A stretch of 64,000 bases of DNA from Myxococcota bacterium. Its GTDB lineage: Bacteria; Myxococcota_A; UBA9160; SZUA-336. Made by a program: the position numbers and the translations under genes. The stretch lies in contig CBDFGR010000002.1 in assembly GCA_965247115.1 (NCBI GenBank), forward strand, positions 640,001 through 704,000, written 5' to 3'. Numbering within the stretch: position 1 is the first letter of the stretch; each line of letters begins with the position of its first letter. Below the pieces are notes generated by a model. It was not told the DNA's origin, did not search any database, and saw only the letters and a program-made list of their open reading frames with translations. Shown here piece by piece: positions 57,568 to 64,000 of this stretch.

Positions 57568-60424
57568 GAAGCCGCACCCCCTCGGGATCGAAGTGGGCAT
57601 GATGCTCCATCACCCGCGCCTCGACTCTCTCACCACCGGGGAGGACGATGGTCAGCAACGACCCGGGCTCGGCGAGCGCAGCGGCGACTTGTGCGAGGCA
57701 GATCGCCCGGTCGAGCGTCGGGGACCATCGCGAGGAAGTGACACGGCCGACGATCCGGGCGCCGTCGACGATCTGGGACCCTTCGGGCGGGACTACGCTG
57801 GGGGCGGCGGGCTGGATCGCAACGAGCAGCGGGGACCCGCCGGCGCTATCCCAGTCGTCGGCCTGCCACACCAGCTCTGACTTGCCCACGAAGTCGTCCT
57901 TGTCGGTCTTGATTGCCTGGCCGATGCCCGCCTGCCGGCCACGCAGTAGCGCATCGGTGTCTTGACCGACGATGAAGTGTCCCTTCTCGAGGCGCATGAT
58001 CCGCTGCGCCTCCACACCGAACGGGGCAATGCCGAAGTCACCACCGGCGTCGAGGATCGACTCCCATACGTGCAGCCCGTAGTTCGCCGGGACATGGACC
58101 TCGTACGACAGCTCTCCCGTGAACCCAATGCGCCAGATGACGCAGTCGGGAACGCCGGCCACCGTACCCACCCGCACGCGCATGTACGGGAACGCTCCCG
58201 GGTCGAGGTCGACGTCGGTCACGAGCCGCTCCATGAGCATCCGAGATTTTGGTCCAGCGACATTCATGGAGGCGAAGCCGTCGGTGACCGCGGTCATCTG
58301 GATGTCCTTGCCCCGGAAACGGGTCTGGATCCACTCCTCGAGCCAGTTCCATACCTGCCCGGCTCCGCCAGACGTCGTGGTCATCAGGTAGCGAGCCTCG
58401 GCGAGCCGCCCGGTGACACCGTCATCGAACACCACACCATCCTCACCGCACATCACGCCGTATCGCACCGAACCGACAGCGAGCTTCCGCCACCGGTTCG
58501 TGTAGACAAACTCGAGCAGCTCGGGAACGTCTGCGCCCTGCAGATCGATCTTTCCGAGCGGGGTCACGTCGATCATGCCGACGTTCTCCCTGACGTTGCG
58601 GACCTCGCTGTGTGGATCTCCGTAGTGGTCGGGGCGGATCCATTGCCCGGCGACCAGACGAGCTGCACCTTCGGCCTCGTGCCACGAGTGCATCGGCGAG
58701 TACCGGACCGGCTCCAGCATCGGCCCCGCCAGAGCCCCCAAGCTCATCGGAGCATAAGGTGGACGCCACGTCGTCGTGCCGGTCTCGCCGATGAACGTTC
58801 CGGTGGCCTCGGCGTGGATGGCCACGGCGTTCACCACCTCCAGCTTGCCCTGGATCGGACCCATGGTGACCGTGGTGAAACGCTTTGCCAGCTCGATCGA
58901 GTCGTAGCCCTCGCTGATGGCCGCCAGCAGATCCTTCGACGATACGTCTTCGGAGAAATCGACGAAGCCGTGGGAGGTCGTCCTGAAGACCTCGGGGTGG
59001 TCGGCCGCAGGGAGCTCGGGGATGACATCGCCGTCACCAACGGGTGCGTCGTCGGGAGTTGCCTCGGGCGCGGCTGCCGCAGGGGTTACACGCTGCAGCG
59101 CCGCCCTCCCCTTCGCCGCGCGACGAGCCGCCTCGCGGCCGACCGCGGTGCCGTGGGCAACCAGGTCGGCGCCGGATCCATCCCCGAGGATGCCTCCGGT
59201 GGCCAGTACCGCGTCGGGCAGGTCGCCGGGGAGGAAGCGGGCCGCCTTCGGGGAGTACGTCGGGCGGTTCCCTGCCATGTTGAGCAGCGCCGTTGGCGTG
59301 GTCCAGCCCACCGCGGTGACCAGCAGATCGGCTTCGACCCGCCTCCCCCCTGCGAGCTCCACGGCTCGCACGCGCCCCCGGCCGAAGGCCCGCACGATGT
59401 CCCCCCCGGCACGGACGTCGACCGTCACGACCTCCGTGCCGGTCCGGCGGAGCGCGGCGGCTGCGGCGTCGCCAGAGCCATTGGCCGTCACGACGACGGC
59501 GCGTTTCCCAGGCTTGACGCCGTAGAGGTTGATGAGCCGCAATACCGCAGTCGACAGCTGGACCCCCGGGAGATCGTTTCCCTCGAAGACGTAGGGACGT
59601 TCGATGGTTCCTGCGGCCACTACGAGGGCCTTCGCCCTTGCCTTCACCAGACGCTCGGCAATCCCGGGCACGTTGCGTTGGACGACGGCGACCCAGTTGT
59701 CGAGATACTGCCCGACCACCACCGAATCGGTCATCAGCTCGATGGCGTCGTTGGCCTCGACCCGGGCGCGCAGCTCTGCGAGGAGCGCCAGCTCCGCCGT
59801 GTCGCCCCAGCGGAGGTGGCCCCCGATTCTCGCTTGATCGTCCACGAGGATTACGGACGCACCCGCCTCGGCGGCAGCGATGGCAGCCGCCATCCCCGCT
59901 GGCCCGCCACCGGCGACGAGCACGTCCGGATGGGCGTACCTATGGTCGTATGCCTCGTCGCCCACAACGGGCGACACCTCGCCGCCGGCGCTGAACCGGC
60001 GCAGCACCCGCTGGTACCACGGCTGAAATGCGCGCGGCCAGATGAAGGTCTTGTAATAGAACCCCGGGCCGAGGAAGCGGCCGACGAGCCGGTTGGCGGC
60101 TTTCAGGTCCAGGGCCAGGGACGGCCACGCGTTCTGGGCGTCGACACGCATCCCGTTTTCGATCCTGCGTTGACCGGCGCGTACGTTGGGCTCGTCGCCC
60201 ACCTGCACGAAGAGGTTCGGGTCGTGCTGGTCTGCGGTGAGGATGCCCCGGGGACGGTGGTACTTGAAGCTGCGGGAAAAGACTGAGACTCCGCCGGCAG
60301 CGAGGGCCGATGCGATCGTGTCGCCGTGGTAGCCGTGGCGTGGGCGACCGTTCCAGTGGAAACCTACGGAGACGTCACGGTCGATCTCTTCACCGGGCTG
60401 TCGAGAAAGACGCAGGTCATCCAT
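57560..60424 (-). CDS. mgdC: N-methylglutamate dehydrogenase / sarcosine oxidase alpha subunit
   Basis: GDTIASAL, SRSFKYHRPRG, GGGPAG, C-terminal GcvT domain (DVTPLGK, GFTGELSYE, RLEKG). Confidence 0.9.
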   Translation of the reverse strand: MDDLRLSRQPGEEIDRDVSVGFHWNGRPRHGYHGDTIASALAAGGVSVFSRSFKYHRPRGILTADQHDPNLFVQVGDEPNVRAGQRRIENGMRVDAQNAWPSLALDLKAANRLVGRFLGPGFYYKTFIWPRAFQPWYQRVLRRFSAGGEVSPVVGDEAYDHRYAHPDVLVAGGGPAGMAAAIAAAEAGASVILVDDQARIGGHLRWGDTAELALLAELRARVEANDAIELMTDSVVVGQYLDNWVAVVQRNVPGIAERLVKARAKALVVAAGTIERPYVFEGNDLPGVQLSTAVLRLINLYGVKPGKRAVVVTANGSGDAAAAALRRTGTEVVTVDVRAGGDIVRAFGRGRVRAVELAGGRRVEADLLVTAVGWTTPTALLNMAGNRPTYSPKAARFLPGDLPDAVLATGGILGDGSGADLVAHGTAVGREAARRAAKGRAALQRVTPAAAAPEATPDDAPVGDGDVIPELPAADHPEVFRTTSHGFVDFSEDVSSKDLLAAISEGYDSIELAKRFTTVTMGPIQGKLEVVNAVAIHAEATGTFIGETGTTTWRPPYAPMSLGALAGPMLEPVRYSPMHSWHEAEGAARLVAGQWIRPDHYGDPHSEVRNVRENVGMIDVTPLGKIDLQGADVPELLEFVYTNRWRKLAVGSVRYGVMCGEDGVVFDDGVTGRLAEARYLMTTTSGGAGQVWNWLEEWIQTRFRGKDIQMTAVTDGFASMNVAGPKSRMLMERLVTDVDLDPGAFPYMRVRVGTVAGVPDCVIWRIGFTGELSYEVHVPANYGLHVWESILDAGGDFGIAPFGVEAQRIMRLEKGHFIVGQDTDALLRGRQAGIGQAIKTDKDDFVGKSELVWQADDWDSAGGSPLLVAIQPAAPSVVPPEGSQIVDGARIVGRVTSSRWSPTLDRAICLAQVAAALAEPGSLLTIVLPGGERVEARVMEHHAHFDPEGVRLRG

Positions 60425-60671
60425 CGACCAGGTCCTCCACGGAGCGGATTTGGTTGGTGACCGTGTGGCGCTCGATGCGCAGGAACCTGCGGCAGCCCAT
60501 GCCGTGGAACCACTGCTCGGTGACCCAGCCGGCCAGGTTCGATTCCTCGTACAGGTAGCGCCGCCATTCCGTTCTGGTGGACGTCGGCGGTGGTCGTTGC
60601 TTCTGCTCGTGCTGATAGGTGAACTCGGAGCTGTTGCGGGACCCGCAGTGCGGACAGACGATGAGCAGCAT
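60417..60671 (-). CDS. mgdB: N-methylglutamate dehydrogenase / sarcosine oxidase delta subunit
   Basis: CPHCG.R...EF, W.H..GC Zn ligands. Confidence 0.9.
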   Translation of the reverse strand: MLLIVCPHCGSRNSSEFTYQHEQKQRPPPTSTRTEWRRYLYEESNLAGWVTEQWFHGMGCRRFLRIERHTVTNQIRSVEDLVDG

Positions 60672-60675
60672 GTCT

Positions 60676-61929
60676 TTAGTGCCCCACAGCCGCGGCGCCG
60701 CGCTCAGCCATCAACTCGCCGCGCTGGAAACGAGCAAAGTCGAAGGGGACGATCAGCTCTGGGACTTCCCCGGTGGCAATGAGACCCGCCATCGCCTCGC
60801 CAGCCACCGGACCCGCCTTGAAGCCGTACGTGCCCCACCCGACGTCGACCAGGAAACCCTCGACGGGCGTCACGCCGATGATCGGGGCGAAGTCGGGGGT
60901 CATGTCACAGAGACCGGCCCACTGGCGCAGAACGCGCGTGTTTCGCAGCGAGGGCATGAGCTCGAGCACGTGGTGGGCAAGGCCTTCGATGAACTCGAGG
61001 GAGCCTCGAGTCGAGTAGGAAGCGAAGGGGTCGACACTGGCCCCGAAGACCAGCTCCCCCCTGGAGGTCTGACTGACGTACACGTGAAGGGAGCCCGAGA
61101 CCACGACCGGGTGGAGGAAGGGTTTCACTGGCTCTGTCACCGCGGCCTGGAGCGGCCGCGTGTGGATGGGGAGCCGCACGCCGGCCTGTGCCGAGACCAG
61201 CGACGACCACCCCGCTGTGCAATTGACCACCACCGGTGAGCTGATGGTTCCGGCGGACGTCCGGACTCCTTTCACCCTTCCCTCTTCGACATCGACGCCG
61301 GTCACCTCGGTGCCTTGATGGATGTGCACCCCGCGGGCGCCCGCGCCCGTTGCATAGCCCCAGACGACCCCGTCGTGCCGGATGATCCCGCCGGGCGGGT
61401 GCCACAGGGCGCCCAGGATGGGGTACCGGGGATGCGACGACACGTCGATGAAGGGCGCGAGCTCAGCCACCGTCGCGGGGTCGATGACCTCCGAATCGAT
61501 ACCCTCCAGCTTGTTGACCTCTGCCCGCCACCTCATGGTGCGCAGGGACGCGTCGGTGTGGGCGAGGGTCATGTGTCCCCGCCGCTCGAAGAGCACATTG
61601 AAGTTGAGCTCCTCCGAGAGCCTGCCGTAGAGGTCGAGCGACCGCTGATAGAACCGGGATCCCTCTGGCGTGAGGTAGTTGGAACGCACAATGGCCGTAT
61701 TGCGCCCCGACCCGCCGCTGCCGATGTACCACTTCTCCAGGACGGCCACGTTGGTGATCCCGTGGTTGCGGGCCAGGTAGTAAGCGGTGGCGAGCCCATG
61801 CACACCGCCACCGACGATCACGACGTCATAAGACCGCTTCAGATCGTGGACGGGGAACTGTCGGGGCCAGGCCTCGCCGGTCAGTCCCCGGCGTAGCAGC
61901 CCGAAGGCAGAGAAGCGGCCCTTCGTCAC
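60676..61929 (-). CDS. mgdA: N-methylglutamate dehydrogenase / sarcosine oxidase beta subunit
   Basis: GGGVHGLATAYYLA, GRNTAIVRSNY, GWGTYGFKAGP. Confidence 0.9.
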   Translation of the reverse strand: MTKGRFSAFGLLRRGLTGEAWPRQFPVHDLKRSYDVVIVGGGVHGLATAYYLARNHGITNVAVLEKWYIGSGGSGRNTAIVRSNYLTPEGSRFYQRSLDLYGRLSEELNFNVLFERRGHMTLAHTDASLRTMRWRAEVNKLEGIDSEVIDPATVAELAPFIDVSSHPRYPILGALWHPPGGIIRHDGVVWGYATGAGARGVHIHQGTEVTGVDVEEGRVKGVRTSAGTISSPVVVNCTAGWSSLVSAQAGVRLPIHTRPLQAAVTEPVKPFLHPVVVSGSLHVYVSQTSRGELVFGASVDPFASYSTRGSLEFIEGLAHHVLELMPSLRNTRVLRQWAGLCDMTPDFAPIIGVTPVEGFLVDVGWGTYGFKAGPVAGEAMAGLIATGEVPELIVPFDFARFQRGELMAERGAAAVGH

Positions 61930-63290
61930 TTCTCCCCGCCCGGGATCCAGCTCGTGCCGGCCAGGGGCACCCGCGCCATGGCCGCGGCCTCGACCGTCAG
62001 CGCCACCAGGTCCTCCGGCTCGAGGTTGTGGACGTCAGACTTCCCGCACGCCCTCGCCAACGCGGTCACCTCCATAGTTAGGGAGGAGAGATAGTTGGCG
62101 ACGCGGCGAGCGCCCATCTCCGGGTCGAGGCGTCGCTCCAGCTCCGGTGTCTGGGTTGTGATGCCCATGGGGCACAGCCCGGTTTGCATGTGGTGGCAGT
62201 AGCCTGGCTCGGTCCCGATGGCTGCGTAGTCTCCCGTGGCGTCGTACTCGACGCCATCGATCGTATAGGATCGGCTGTTGCACCCGAGGGCGACAAGCGC
62301 CGCCGTGCCGATGCTCACGGCATCCGCCCCCAGGGCGAGCGCCTTGGCAACGTCGCCGCCGCTGCGGATCCCGCCGGAGACGATCAGCTGCACCTCGTCC
62401 TGCATGCCGATGTCTCGCAGCGCCTCGGCCGCCTGGCGCACCGCCGGCATGGTAGGGATGCCGGCGTGCTCGATGAAGACATCCTGGGTGGCCGCCGTGC
62501 CTCCCTGGAGCCCGTCGACGACGACGACCTCCGCTCCGGCAGCCACACACAGCTTCACGTCGTTCTCGACGCGGGTGGCGCCGATCTTGATGAAGACGGG
62601 CTTCTCCCAGCTCGTCGCCTCGCGCAGCTCCTCGATCTTGATGCGCAGGTCGTCGGGACCCGTCCAATCGGGATGGCGGCTCGCCGACCGCTGGTCGATG
62701 CCCGGGGGCAACGTTCGCATGTCGGCGACGCGCTCGCTGACCTTCTGCCCGAGGAGCATCCCTCCGCCACCCGGCTTGGCGCCCTGGCCGATCACAACCT
62801 CGACGGCGTCTGCCTGCATGAGGTCCGTCGGGTTGAACCCATACCGTGATGGCAGCAACTGGTAGACGAGGATCTGCGACGCCCGCCGCTCCTCCGGGGT
62901 CATCCCACCGTCGCCGGTGGTCGTCGACGTGCCGACCATTGTCGCCGCCCTCCCCAGGGCCTCCTTGGCGTTGGCCGACAGCGCCCCAAAGCTCATGCCG
63001 GCGATCGTGATGGGGATCGCGAGCTCGATGGGCTTGGACGCAAAGCGGGTACCGAGCACGGTCGTGGTATCGCAACGCTCCCGGTACCCCTCCAGCGGAT
63101 AGCGTGACGCGGAAGCGGTAAGAAACACCAGGTCGTCGAATCCCGGCACTGCTCGCTTGGCACCACCGCCGCGGATCTCGTAATGACCCTCGGCGGCCGC
63201 CATCTGGATCTGGCCGATAGTCTCCGGGGGGAAGGTCGCATTGTGCCGCCGGCCGTGGGGCGGAATGAGGGGGACGGGGGTCTCGGTCAT
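61926..63290 (-). CDS. mgsC: N-methylglutamate synthase FMN subunit
   Basis: SRYPLEGYRERC, GQGAKPGGGG, RHPDWTGPDDL, EAAAMARVPLAGT. Confidence 0.92.
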   Translation of the reverse strand: MTETPVPLIPPHGRRHNATFPPETIGQIQMAAAEGHYEIRGGGAKRAVPGFDDLVFLTASASRYPLEGYRERCDTTTVLGTRFASKPIELAIPITIAGMSFGALSANAKEALGRAATMVGTSTTTGDGGMTPEERRASQILVYQLLPSRYGFNPTDLMQADAVEVVIGQGAKPGGGGMLLGQKVSERVADMRTLPPGIDQRSASRHPDWTGPDDLRIKIEELREATSWEKPVFIKIGATRVENDVKLCVAAGAEVVVVDGLQGGTAATQDVFIEHAGIPTMPAVRQAAEALRDIGMQDEVQLIVSGGIRSGGDVAKALALGADAVSIGTAALVALGCNSRSYTIDGVEYDATGDYAAIGTEPGYCHHMQTGLCPMGITTQTPELERRLDPEMGARRVANYLSSLTMEVTALARACGKSDVHNLEPEDLVALTVEAAAMARVPLAGTSWIPGGEK

Positions 63291-63967
63291 CAGTAGGCCT
63301 GTCCCGAGAGGGCCTCGAAGGTGTACAGCCTCCTCGCCGAAGCGACCCGGGTCATGTTCTCCGGCTCGATGTGGTCGAAGCCGCTACGGTCGACGAGCCC
63401 CTTGAGCAGCTGGACGTCCTCGGCGGTCGGCTCCTCGATGCGAGCATCGGAGCCCAGCGAGTCGATCTTGCCCCCAACGTAGATGACGGCCTCGTAGAGG
63501 CTGTCGCCGAGGCCTGCGTGGGCGTCGCCACCGACCACGATGGTCCCGGCTTGCGCCATGAACCCGCTCATGTGCCCCACGTCCCCTGCCACGACAATTG
63601 CCCCACCTTTGAGGGAGATCCCGAGGCGGGATGAGGCGTCCCCGGCGATGAAGAGCTCACCGCCGCGGGCGGAGGCGCCTGCACACTCCGACGCGTTGCC
63701 GTTCACCCTGACGGTGCCCGCCATGAGGTTCTCGGCGACCGACCACCCGACGAACCCGTTGACGGTCACGTTGGGTCCCTCACCCAGACCGGCGATGAAG
63801 TACCCGGCATTGCCGTCGATGGTGACGTCGATCTGGTTGAACAATCCCACCGCAAGGTTGTGCCGCCCCCGAGGCTCGGCGATCGTCACGGAGGTTCCGT
63901 CGGGAAGCTCCCGCAGCCGGCGGTTGATCTCGGTCGTGGTCAACTCGTCACAGCTCAGCGTGACCAT
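63290..63967 (-). CDS. mgsB: N-methylglutamate synthase GXGXG subunit
   Basis: G.HNLAVGL, AENLM.G, GISLKG, LGDSLYEA, SAR.LY. Confidence 0.9.
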   Translation of the reverse strand: MVTLSCDELTTTEINRRLRELPDGTSVTIAEPRGRHNLAVGLFNQIDVTIDGNAGYFIAGLGEGPNVTVNGFVGWSVAENLMAGTVRVNGNASECAGASARGGELFIAGDASSRLGISLKGGAIVVAGDVGHMSGFMAQAGTIVVGGDAHAGLGDSLYEAVIYVGGKIDSLGSDARIEEPTAEDVQLLKGLVDRSGFDHIEPENMTRVASARRLYTFEALSGQAY

Positions 63968-64000
63968 ACGTGGATCTCTCTCGGCATGGGCTCGAAGACA
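63955..64000 (-). CDS. mgsA: 3' end of the amidotransferase-like subunit (partial)
   Basis: VFEPMPREIHVWSR* overlapping the mgsB start; position fits mgsABC. Confidence 0.6.
   Translation of the reverse strand, partial: VFEPMPREIHVWSR

Noticed and set aside
57560..61929. Annotation as plain sarcosine oxidase soxBDAG
   Set aside because: Direct coupling to mgsBC favours N-methylglutamate dehydrogenase
1..64000. CRISPR array, integron or prophage
   Set aside because: No regularly spaced repeats, attC pattern, cas, integrase or phage genes were seen

Overview
High-GC window from a diderm bacterium (TonB receptor, TolC). The gene mix resembles uncultured Myxococcota/Binatota-type genomes, but that is inference only. 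A small housekeeping core (acpS, gap-pgk-tpiA-secG-tRNA-Leu(GAG), about 24.8-28.8 kb) is flanked by catabolic accessory DNA: (i) a TonB receptor-Rieske oxygenase-extradiol dioxygenase-hydrolase operon beside three Rid paralogs and an FAH enzyme; (ii) an aorA-aorB-aorC-moaD tungsten aldehyde oxidoreductase operon divergent from a Zn-ADH; (iii) an IS5-family element that truncates a penicillin-acylase homolog; (iv) four LLM oxidoreductases, two TauD and one PhyH dioxygenase, and a PQQ/heme c dehydrogenase; (v) a ytcA-HlyD-FUSC/TolC efflux locus; (vi) the N-methylglutamate (mgs/mgd) methylamine pathway at the right end. The most notable hidden feature is a selenoprotein that the ORF track splits in two: UGSC motif, in-frame TGA at 40478, a clear bacterial SECIS hairpin and GrdB/PrdB-like motifs. 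It heads a co-directional cluster with an uncharacterised partner protein, a beta-diketone hydrolase, an LLM and a TauD. Also seen: two integrase-free single-gene mini-islands bounded by duplicated 3' ends (of tRNA-Leu and of an acyl-CoA dehydrogenase gene), many short gene scraps in intergenic spaces, and four single-base frameshifts that may be sequencing errors. All family assignments come from motif recognition, not database searches.
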